Below the pieces are notes generated by a model that worked only from the letters and a program-made list of their open reading frames with translations, was not told the DNA's origin and ran no database searches. Positions 1 to 8,171 of a DNA stretch of 51,065 nucleotides are shown in pieces; the first letter of the stretch is position 1; each line of letters begins with the position of its first letter. Origin of the DNA: a bacterium (GTDB lineage Bacteria; JACRDZ01; JAQUKH01); contig JAQUKH010000018.1 of NCBI GenBank assembly GCA_028719205.1, positions 1 through 51,065 of the forward strand, in the 5' to 3' direction. The position numbers were made by a program, and so were the translations under genes.

Positions 1-1189
1 TTACGAACAGTTTTTCCACAGATAATTTCGCGTAATATCTTTTTTTGTCATTGGCAGGGTCATCGTATTTATAAAAACTACTCTCCACACCGAGGGATGT
101 ATTCCAGTTTTTTTTACGGTTGTAGTTCATTTGGAGGTCCGCGATTATTTTTCTGTAATCATTTCCTGTTATCTCGCTGTATCTGGTATCTTTGCGCCCT
201 ATGTCAAAATTCAGCCACGCTCTTTGCAAAGCGTCTTCCAGTATCTCATAATTATATCCGTTCGCGATATAAAACCCCTTATGGTCGAGGTCAATAACGT
301 TATAATCTTTTATAAAATAATCGTATTGCAGGTCTGTTATTAACTTGTTACTAATTTTGTGGATGGTTTTTACATTGTACTGCCGGTATGTATAATCGGA
401 ATCTTCATCGCGGTCATCATCGTCCTTTGTATCCCTTTTTCCCCATTTAAATTTTGTCTCGACCTTGTATATAAACTTACGGGCAAAAACATAATCGATC
501 CCTGTCATAAGATTGTGTTTTGTCCTGTCACGATCTGTTTGTTTATGGTTAAGGTGTTCGATCCCATAACCTCCCGACAACGTTAATCTCTTTTCCAGAA
601 AATATTTATACCCGTCTAATTTGCCGGAATATTTAGACTGGTCATTCTGGTCCGCGGTTACATAATCGTATTTATTGAATCCGGTTAATAAATTTATTGC
701 ATAAAGGCCTTCCTTTTTAAATTTCAATGAAGGCTCAACCATAAATTGGCTGAATTCTCTTTCAGGGCTGTCATAATAACCTTTTTCTTTATAAAGTATT
801 TTCAGGTCAAACTTCAAAGATCTTTCTTTTTGTTTTTCAATGTAATAAAACCAGTTTGTTTTGAAAATTCTTGATTTGTTGTCCAGGGCATCGCTTGAAT
901 CATAATCTTTTATGTATGTAAATGAACTCAGGTCATAACCAACCCGTTCCGACAAGTCCTGTTCAAATTTAACCTGATAATTAGAAAAAGTATAATCAGC
1001 GTCGCTGTCCTCTTCTTCATAATCATCGGCTGTGGACCTTTTCCCTGTTTCACTGAAACTTGATATTCCGCCTTTAAATATTTTTTTCGACGGGGCAATT
1101 TCATCTGCCTTAACAAAAGGAGATAAAATAATCAGGCAAAAGAACAGGAGACTAAACATGTTATTGAGAAAAACAGATTTTCTTGTCAT
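1..1189 (-). CDS. Exported protein, probable outer-membrane beta-barrel; 3' end runs off the window
   Basis: Not in the ORF track; read manually from ATG 1189 and apparently open to base 1 (MTRKSVFLNNMFSLLFFCLIILSPFVKADEI...). Signal peptide, then Tyr/Phe-rich alternating strands and an internal duplication. Confidence 0.75.
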   Translation of the reverse strand, partial: MTRKSVFLNNMFSLLFFCLIILSPFVKADEIAPSKKIFKGGISSFSETGKRSTADDYEEEDSDADYTFSNYQVKFEQDLSERVGYDLSSFTYIKDYDSSDALDNKSRIFKTNWFYYIEKQKERSLKFDLKILYKEKGYYDSPEREFSQFMVEPSLKFKKEGLYAINLLTGFNKYDYVTADQNDQSKYSGKLDGYKYFLEKRLTLSGGYGIEHLNHKQTDRDRTKHNLMTGIDYVFARKFIYKVETKFKWGKRDTKDDDDRDEDSDYTYRQYNVKTIHKISNKLITDLQYDYFIKDYNVIDLDHKGFYIANGYNYEILEDALQRAWLNFDIGRKDTRYSEITGNDYRKIIADLQMNYNRKKNWNTSLGVESSFYKYDDPANDKKRYYAKLSVEKLFV

Positions 1190-1289
1190 AATTTTTAATT
1201 ATATCAAAGATTTTTAATTCTGTTTGATTTTTTTGAGAAATCGCGAATCAGGAAGATGACCGGATGTCCAAAATTTTAATATTTTTTTC

Positions 1290-1985
1290 TTAGTTGGTAT
1301 CTAAACTAATAACTCCATTAATGCCTGATTTTAAAACATACCAAATATTTCCTTCTGATTCGCCGGCCTGGGTAATGCTCTGCAGGGTTTTTAACCATTC
1401 AACTGTCTTTGTTCTTGCTTTTTCCTCTCCATGAACCTTTTTAAATTCATCATATTTTCGCTGTATATTTTCCGGCATATCCAGCGATATGGATATTTCC
1501 TCATCGGTTAAATGAGTAATAACAGAAAGGCTGGATATTACACTATAATTAGTCATTGTACCGGTTGAATCAATTGTATCAGCGGACACTCTGAATTTTA
1601 TCTTACCTTTTGTATTTCTATTAATAATTATTTTACCGCTGAAAACATCATCAGAGGCTTTATCATCACCAATAGCCGCATCACCGTTATCTCTAAGGGC
1701 GATTGTAGTTTCAATGATATTATTGGAGGAATCCAATTCCAGAAGTTTTATGCTTGAAATATCAAGTTTTTTATTATTTTCAATTGCTATGCTGACAACT
1801 ACTTTTGTTTCCTCATTTATAAAGATAGTATCAGGTATCAACCGGGGATCGCTTAAAAACTCAAGAGAGGCAGAACCACTCGCGGCAATACCTTCAAAAA
1901 AGTTCGCGGCAGCCGTAATAGTATTATCACCCGTTACTAAAGAAAAAATCAATAATAAAATTAAAATATTTATTTTATTTTTCAT
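1290..1985 (-). CDS. Secreted protein with a choice-of-anchor X-like domain, possibly C-terminally truncated
   Basis: Signal peptide; LRDNGDAAIGDDKASDDVFSG matches the LxDDG...DxxAxDGxYSG pattern of choice-of-anchor X. Confidence 0.65.
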   Translation of the reverse strand: MKNKINILILLLIFSLVTGDNTITAAANFFEGIAASGSASLEFLSDPRLIPDTIFINEETKVVVSIAIENNKKLDISSIKLLELDSSNNIIETTIALRDNGDAAIGDDKASDDVFSGKIIINRNTKGKIKFRVSADTIDSTGTMTNYSVISSLSVITHLTDEEISISLDMPENIQRKYDEFKKVHGEEKARTKTVEWLKTLQSITQAGESEGNIWYVLKSGINGVISLDTN

Positions 1986-1993
1986 TTGTTTTT

Positions 1994-2046
1994 AATAAAA
2001 ATGACGCCATCCCCCAGGTATTGATCATACCAGGAGCGATGGCGCC
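1994..2046 (-). terminator. Terminator-like hairpin in the 5' leader of the 1290..1985 gene (possible attenuator)
   Basis: Minus strand GGCGCCATC-GCTCCTGGTAT-GATCA-ATACCTGGGG-GATGGCGTC followed by ATTTTTATT, just before the ATG at 1985. Confidence 0.55.
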
Positions 2047-2204
2047 ACTACCTAACTGCCAGTATTATATCTTTGCGCGCTAATTAAAGTCACCTGTCAT
2101 TTCTTACAGGTCAAGAATATATTGTTTAAATTTTATCTATGGAAAGCATATAAAGGGAGGATTCGTTTTTACCGTAGCCATCTGCAAATAATAAATATTT
2201 ATGC

Positions 2205-2268
2205 GGAGAGGGGTGATAGGGATGGGGCCACCCCTCCCCTGGAAGCCTCTCTCGGATGAGAAACTCCC
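2205..2268 (-). other. Two adjacent GC-rich hairpins in AT-rich intergenic DNA (candidate structured RNA)
   Basis: Minus strand GGGAGTTTCTC-ATCCGA-GAGAGGCTTCC (11 bp including G-U pairs), then GGGGAGGGGTGG...TCACCCCTCTCC. Confidence 0.45.
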
Positions 2269-2419
2269 GTTATATTATTTTCATTGTCCCTGTATCTGAA
2301 ATAATAAAATAAATATATATTAAAAACATTTATTCATTTATTATTGTAAAGCTATTTAGCAGAAAAGTGAATTGGCTATTTCCACTTTTGTTTGACTTAT
2401 TTCTTCTTCAACGGAGGCA

Positions 2420-3088
2420 TTACAAACTCAAAATTCTGCGGTTATCTTTAAACCATTTTTCTCTTTGTTCGTAATCAGGCATTACGGCTTTGACTTTACT
2501 CCAAAATCTATCCTTGTGATTTTTTTCCACAAGATGCGCGAGCTCATGCACTACCACATAATCGATCATATTGACCGGCGCCATAATAAGCTTCCAGCTG
2601 AAATTTATCGATCCGCACGGGCCGCATGAACCCCATCGTTTCTCGGCCCTGGTAATCGATATCGAGCTGAATTTCCAGCCTGTTATCCTGCTGTAAAAAT
2701 TGGCTCTTTCGGTTATTATTTCCAACGCTTTTCCCCTATACCATTGGATCATTTTCGCCCTGCTGTCACTTAAATATTTATCAGGAAAATACAAATAATC
2801 CGTCAAAGTAACCGCGCCGCAATCCTGTATCTTCAGCTTATAAGTCTCGCCTAAATAAAGGAACTCTTCGCCATCCGTGAATTCCCTTTTTTTAACAAGG
2901 CCGCCATTTTCCAAAACCTGTTTCTTTTTTTTATCTATCCATGATCTTTTTTTAAAAACCAGATCCCTGATAAATTCCATAGTCGTCCGCATAGGCGCGC
3001 GCACAATAAGCGCCGCGTCATTAGAAATGATCAACGCGATAGTTCTTCTCTTGGAACGGATTAATTTATCTATTTTAATTTCTGTCAT
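2420..3088 (-). CDS. YgjP/DUF45 family (M48/SprT-like) zinc metallohydrolase
   Basis: RSKRRTIAL N-terminus, RWGSC, FSWKL, YVVVHELAHLVEKNH (HExxH...H). Confidence 0.9.
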   Translation of the reverse strand: MTEIKIDKLIRSKRRTIALIISNDAALIVRAPMRTTMEFIRDLVFKKRSWIDKKKKQVLENGGLVKKREFTDGEEFLYLGETYKLKIQDCGAVTLTDYLYFPDKYLSDSRAKMIQWYRGKALEIITERANFYSRITGWKFSSISITRAEKRWGSCGPCGSINFSWKLIMAPVNMIDYVVVHELAHLVEKNHKDRFWSKVKAVMPDYEQREKWFKDNRRILSL

Positions 3089-3184
3089 AAAACTCCATTG
3101 CTTTTCAAAAAATAGCTCTTAAATTATACAGTTAAACCTTGAACTTTGATATAATGAAAATAAATATTTATAAAAGGGCCGGAA

Positions 3185-3874
3185 ATGGACAAGTTTGAAA
3201 CTCTTTTTGGTTTAAAAAGACCAGATATAAAAGAAAATTGCATTTTGATGCCTCTTATCTCAAAATATATTTTACAGGCTTTTGATACCCCAAATCTTAC
3301 AAAAGGCAAAATATATTCCTCGGTAAATACTCCGGAGTTTACAATTATACAAACGGGAATGTGCTCCGGTTTTACAGGCGACGCGGCGCTATATTTAAAA
3401 GATACCGCTTGCAGAAACATAATACTTTTCGGCTCATGCGGGCTTGCGGAGGAAAAAGACGGATTTCAAATTGGAAGTTTGGTAAGCCCTTCAAAATGCT
3501 TTTCATATGAAAGTTTCAGCAGTATGCTATTTAAACATAAAGCTGATGTATTTTATCCTGATAAAACGCTATTTGAAAAAATAACACATAAAAATAATGA
3601 AATAAAAAACGTAACCTGTGCCACAGTTTCTTCACTAAAACTGGAGGAAGATAATTTAACTTATTATAAAAACAAAAATATTGATGTTTTTGATATGGAG
3701 TGTTCAGCGTTATTCTCCGCGGGAAACCATATAGGGATCAAGACTGCCGCGCTTTTTTATGTCAGCGACATAGTAAGCTCAAAACCTTTTTATATGAATA
3801 TGGAAGATGCTTCAAAACTAAAAATATCAAACTCCATTAAAAACGCGGTTAATGTTTTAAGCAGATTATTCTAA
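3185..3874 (+). CDS. Nucleoside phosphorylase family protein (PNP/UDP type 1 fold)
   Basis: ILFGSCG and VFDMECSALF motifs, FYVSD. Confidence 0.8.
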   Translation: MDKFETLFGLKRPDIKENCILMPLISKYILQAFDTPNLTKGKIYSSVNTPEFTIIQTGMCSGFTGDAALYLKDTACRNIILFGSCGLAEEKDGFQIGSLVSPSKCFSYESFSSMLFKHKADVFYPDKTLFEKITHKNNEIKNVTCATVSSLKLEEDNLTYYKNKNIDVFDMECSALFSAGNHIGIKTAALFYVSDIVSSKPFYMNMEDASKLKISNSIKNAVNVLSRLF

Positions 3875-3888
3875 ATCAAATTTTTCGT

Positions 3889-4281
3889 TTACTCCTTTGC
3901 TCCGCTATTTTTTAGTAATTCGATAACTTCTTCGTTTTGGGTATGAATGGCTATTTTCAAAGGAGTCCAGTTATCTGAATATCTGGCATTTATATCAACC
4001 CCTTTTTCTATAAGAAGTTTTATAACATCTATGTATCCATTGTAAATAGCAATATTTAATATCGTCCAGCCTTGACGGTTTTTAGTATTAATATCAGCTC
4101 CGGTTTCTAACAAGCGTTTCACTTCAATTACATTTCCCATCTCAACAGCTCTCACTAACAAATAATTTTTATCCGGTTTTTTTTCTGCATTACTATACAT
4201 AGATTTTGTCGTACTGCAGCTGCACATTAAAAAAAGATTTAACACCAAATATATCAATACTGTTTTATTTAAGGTTTTCAT
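3889..4281 (-). CDS. Ankyrin-repeat lipoprotein
   Basis: Lipobox-like LMCSC; ankyrin repeats GADINTKNRQGWTILNIAI and GVDINARYSDNWTPLKIAI; AAGGAGG RBS. Confidence 0.9.
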   Translation of the reverse strand: MKTLNKTVLIYLVLNLFLMCSCSTTKSMYSNAEKKPDKNYLLVRAVEMGNVIEVKRLLETGADINTKNRQGWTILNIAIYNGYIDVIKLLIEKGVDINARYSDNWTPLKIAIHTQNEEVIELLKNSGAKE

Positions 4282-4335
4282 TTTTTCCTCCTTTCAAAAA
4301 AATCATTTTGTATTAATTTAAAATGACTCAAAAAC

Positions 4336-4371
4336 AAAAAAGCCACTTAATATAAATATTAAGTGACTTTT
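4336..4371 (-). terminator. Rho-independent terminator downstream of the small basic protein
   Basis: AAAAGTCACTTAATAT/ATATTAAGTGGCTTTT inverted repeat followed by a U-run on the minus strand. Confidence 0.7.
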
Positions 4372-4408
4372 GTTACTAAAAATAACCTTTGTCCTTAAAG
4401 ACCAGTTA

Positions 4409-4504
4409 TTAACCTTTTTTCGCTTTTTTCTCCAGGCGTTTTTCTTTCAATGTTTTTACAGGCTTCTTTTTATCATTTTTTTTTGTGATCATACCTTTTG
4501 CCAT
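4409..4504 (-). CDS. 31-aa lysine-rich small protein
   Basis: MAKGMITKKNDKKKPVKTLKEKRLEKKAKKG; AAGGAG RBS upstream and its own terminator; below the ORF track cutoff. Confidence 0.75.
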   Translation of the reverse strand: MAKGMITKKNDKKKPVKTLKEKRLEKKAKKG

Positions 4505-4619
4505 ATGTTTTCTCCTTTTGTTTAAAGTTATATTTAAATTGGTCTACAGCTACATTTTAAGGGGATATTTTATTTAAGTCAAGCAAAAATCAGCAAAGCT
4601 GATTTTATGGATAAATAGC

Positions 4620-4649
4620 TTGACTATTTTTTCGTAAAAACTATATAAT
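4620..4649 (+). promoter_or_regulatory. sigma70 promoter of nth
   Basis: TTGACT-N18-TATAAT ending 9 nt before the GTG start. Confidence 0.55.
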
Positions 4650-4658
4650 ATAAAAATA

Positions 4659-5285
4659 GTGAACATAAATTTAAGTAAAATATTAAACCTGCTAAAAAAA
4701 GAATATCCAAAAGCTAAGACCGCGCTTAATTTCTCCAATCCTCTGGAGATACTGGTTTCAACAATACTATCGGCGCAATGCACCGATAAAAGAGTAAATA
4801 TAGTTACCGAAAGCCTTTTTAAGAAATATAAAAGTGCCAAAGACTTCGCGAACGCGGACATAAAAATATTCGAACAGGAAATACGCTCAACCGGTTTTTA
4901 CCATAATAAGGCAAAAAATATTATCTCTGCCTGCAAAAAAATCCTGAAGGATTTTAACGGCAAGGTTCCCAGCTCCATGGAAGAATTAATTCAATTGCCG
5001 GGCGTCGCCAGAAAAACCGCGAATATTGTGCTTTTGAACGGCTTCAGAAAGGTTGAAGGCATTGCCGTCGATACGCATGTAAAGAGATTAAGCCAGAGGT
5101 TAGGATTAAGCAAAAATGATGATCCCGTTAAAATTGAAAAAGACCTTATGGAAATGCTGGATAAAAAAGAATGGGGAGGTTTCGCGAATCTTTTGGTTGA
5201 ACACGGAAGAAAGATCTGCGCGGCAAAAAAACCAAAACACGACGAATGCGTGTTGAAAGACCTTTGCCCGTCAAAAAATATTTAA
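4659..5285 (+). CDS. nth: Endonuclease III
   Basis: LSAQCTD, HhH motif LPGVARKTAN, AVDTHV; C-terminal Fe-S motif C-X6-H-X2-C-X5-C. Confidence 0.95.
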   Translation: MNINLSKILNLLKKEYPKAKTALNFSNPLEILVSTILSAQCTDKRVNIVTESLFKKYKSAKDFANADIKIFEQEIRSTGFYHNKAKNIISACKKILKDFNGKVPSSMEELIQLPGVARKTANIVLLNGFRKVEGIAVDTHVKRLSQRLGLSKNDDPVKIEKDLMEMLDKKEWGGFANLLVEHGRKICAAKKPKHDECVLKDLCPSKNI

Positions 5286-5306
5286 ATTATAAGACGCATT
5301 TAGGCC

Positions 5307-5369
5307 ATAGGTATCTTTTTGCTTAAACCCGTCCGCCTAGGCGGACTATAGACGCAAAAAGAAACCTAT
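5307..5369. repeat. Intergenic inverted repeat with a nested perfect 16-bp palindrome
   Basis: ATAGGTATCTTTTTGC...GCAAAAAGAAACCTAT arms enclosing GTCCGCCTAGGCGGAC (5331-5346). Confidence 0.7.
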
Positions 5370-5397
5370 AACCCAAATTTTCCAAACCGAGGTGTAA

Positions 5398-6384
5398 ATG
5401 AAATACAAAACACTTATCCTTGAAAGAAGATCCATAGAAAATATTATTAATATGAAGGATGTCATTAAGGCTATGGAATACGCTTACAGGGAATATGGGA
5501 TGAACCGGTGCAAGATGCCTCCCAAGCTTTATTTGAATCTGGATAAACATAAAGGTGATTTCAGGGCCATGCCGGGATATATTGAACGCTTGAATAAATG
5601 CGCACTCAAATGGGTGAACGTCCATCCTGAAAACACCGCGAAAGGATTACCGACCGTAATGGCGGTAATTATTTTAAGCGACCCGTCAAACGGTTTCCCT
5701 CTTTGCATTATGGATGGAACTCTTGCGACTAATCTCAGGACCGGCGCCGCTGGGGGATTAGCGGCAAAATATCTGGCAAGAAAAAACTCTAACATTATTG
5801 GCCTTGTAGGCTGCGGCGTACAGGCAAAGACCCAGCTTATGGCATTGAACGAACTTTTCAATATTAAAGAAGTAATGGTATGGGGAAACAAGCAATCCTT
5901 TATAAATAATTTTATTAAAAATAAAAAAAAAATAGGACTGAAATTTACGGCAGCAAAAAACGTAAAGGAATGCGTTAGGAACAGCGACATCGTTATCACG
6001 ACAACTCCTTCAAGAAAACCTCTGGTAAAGCTTGAATGGCTGAAAAAAGGAGTTCATATAAACGCGATCGGGGCGGACGCGAAAGGAAAAGAAGAGCTGG
6101 ATCCGCTTATTTTGAAAAACGCGAAGGTTATTGTTGATTCCTGGGAGCAGGCATCCCATAGCGGGGAAATAAATCTACCAGTCTCAAAAGGCATTATTTC
6201 TAAAAAAGACATATACGCCGATATCGGCGAAATCGTAACCGGCAGAAAAAAAGCAAGAACCAATGAAAATGAGATAACCGTTTTTGATTCGACCGGCCTC
6301 GCTATTCAGGATGTGGCAATCGCCAACCTTATCTACAAAACCGCCCTTAAAAAGAAATTAGGAATGTGGGTTAATCTTATCTAA
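5398..6384 (+). CDS. ala: Alanine dehydrogenase, archaeal type (ornithine cyclodeaminase/mu-crystallin family)
   Basis: PPKLYL, GDFRAMP, LKWVNVHPEN, LRTGAAGGLAAKYLA, AIGADAKGKEELD, FDSTGLAIQD. Confidence 0.85.
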   Translation: MKYKTLILERRSIENIINMKDVIKAMEYAYREYGMNRCKMPPKLYLNLDKHKGDFRAMPGYIERLNKCALKWVNVHPENTAKGLPTVMAVIILSDPSNGFPLCIMDGTLATNLRTGAAGGLAAKYLARKNSNIIGLVGCGVQAKTQLMALNELFNIKEVMVWGNKQSFINNFIKNKKKIGLKFTAAKNVKECVRNSDIVITTTPSRKPLVKLEWLKKGVHINAIGADAKGKEELDPLILKNAKVIVDSWEQASHSGEINLPVSKGIISKKDIYADIGEIVTGRKKARTNENEITVFDSTGLAIQDVAIANLIYKTALKKKLGMWVNLI

Positions 6385-6502
6385 GTTTCTTCATATTAAA
6401 CTAAATATTTCTCTAATATATTGCTAAAACAGAAACCTGTTAATATAAAAATGGGTATATTAAATATATTAACAAGCACATGGAATAAAATCGGGAGATT
6501 AA

Positions 6503-8055
6503 GTGATAAGCTATATTCACAAAATATTAAAAAAAGTATTAATTTTTGTGTTATTGTTCATTGGGATATTAGGCATATCTAAGATCTATGCTGATGATAG
6601 TTTTTCCCATCAGCAAATAGAAAACGAATTAAATAAAAATGATGTAAAAGAACAGATACTGAAATATCTTGAATCATCAAAGAATTATGCTCCATTCCAG
6701 AAAGAAGAACTGAAAAAATCTAGCATAAATGATTTTACAATAAAACTATCTTCCTATATAGTATTTAGTAATCCTGTTATAAAAAAAGAACAAATAATTA
6801 TGGTTGGAGAATTTCCCGAATATTTTTATATTAAAAAAATAACGATAAAACAGCAGGATTATCTTATGGATCCCAACAAGAAAAAGTATTTCACACCTTA
6901 ATTGGTTTGTTCCAAAATAAATTAAAGGAGTTTGTTCCATTATCAGATACGTTTTACAAGGATGTAAATATTAGTTTTGAAGAAATAGTAGGAAATCTGC
7001 CATTATTCATTTTGATTAATGGATTATACGAGAATAGACACGAGGATTATTTGGGCCGTAATGGCCCTAAATATTGTGAAATATTCTCTTATGATTTCTC
7101 TTCTGGCCAATATATATTGAATGATAGGTTTTACAACTATGTTCGCGTGTCAGCAGATGGCCCAACAGGCGGCAGTGATTATATTGATATTTCGAATGTA
7201 AAATTTGTCAGCACAAAACAGAAAGGGGTTAAAAATCTAGTTGTTACAACTGAGAGAAACGGAGAAAGTACCTACTTTGATTTTGTTGAATTCAGAGATA
7301 AAGAAAAAATATTTAACAATTGGGTGAAAGAAGATCTATTCAAATGGGATGGAAAAAAGTTTTTATTATATAAAACTATTGAAGATGGAAAGATCACTTT
7401 TGACACTGAAAAATTAAATGAATTAAATAATTTGCTTAAAGTAAATTCTAAAGAAATAACTGTAGAAATAATTAATTTTATGGCTAATTCTAATGGTGAA
7501 ATCGCTAAATCAACATATTATAAAATAGCGGAAAGACTCACGTTGTTAAGAGAAATAGATAAAAAATCATATAAAGATTCAATAGATAACCTCGTGCAAT
7601 TAGCTGCAACCGGTACAGCGGAAGAGAGGGATGTGTGCATTAAGATGCTTTATAGGTATTACAACGTAAAAAATCCTCCTGGCTTTGAACAAAACCAGAT
7701 CGACATATTGCGTAAAACCATTGATGAAAAAAATCTGCCCCAATATTTAAATAATATTTTAATCCGTATTCTCAGCCACGCAGGAGATGAAAATGTTTTA
7801 CCAATAGCTTTAAAATCACTTGAATTAGCTCTAGATAAGGATACACTAACGGCAATGGATGTAATATCCTGCATTGAAGAGCTGGCTGAAAAAGGTGTTC
7901 AATTTTCACAAGATCATATTTTAGTGCTGAAAAAAGCTGCCAGTTCAGATATACCGTCAGATATAGGAGATGTTGCAGAAACTATTGGCGATGTTGCAAA
8001 TAGGATTTTGCAGAAGATAATGGCAAACGAAGAAAAAAGACATACATTAAAGTAA
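6503..8055 (+). pseudogene. Probable single secreted protein with a helical (HEAT-like) C-terminus, split by a frameshift (ORFs 6503..6901 and 6907..8055)
   Basis: The first ORF has a signal peptide. The second frame is open from 6835, inside an A7 run (6833-6839), and has no good start or RBS. One extra A fuses them (~517 aa). Confidence 0.55.
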
Positions 8056-8171
8056 GATAAGTATTATTTTATTCTACTTTTAAAATTTATAGCACATTAT
8101 CCGGACTTATTTACAAGATACGTGAATGGTATTTATTGCATAATTATCACAATTATATTACAATAAATTTT

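Noticed and set aside
97-1217. Short ORFs listed in the track (97..297, 131..343, 359..586, 928..1116, 1032..1217)
   Set aside because: They are shadows of the long minus-strand ORF 1189 to <1.
2041-2111. Canonical c-di-GMP-I riboswitch or ops/JUMPstart element
   Set aside because: Only fragments match (GAAA stem, GCAAAG, GGTAG); spacing and P1/P3 do not fit. Kept only as an unassigned candidate leader.
2205-2268. SAM-I riboswitch resemblance (CTCATCCGAGAGAGG...GGAGGGGTGGCCC on the minus strand)
   Set aside because: No GCAACC, GTGC or closing GATRAG elements; the sequence folds better as two independent hairpins.
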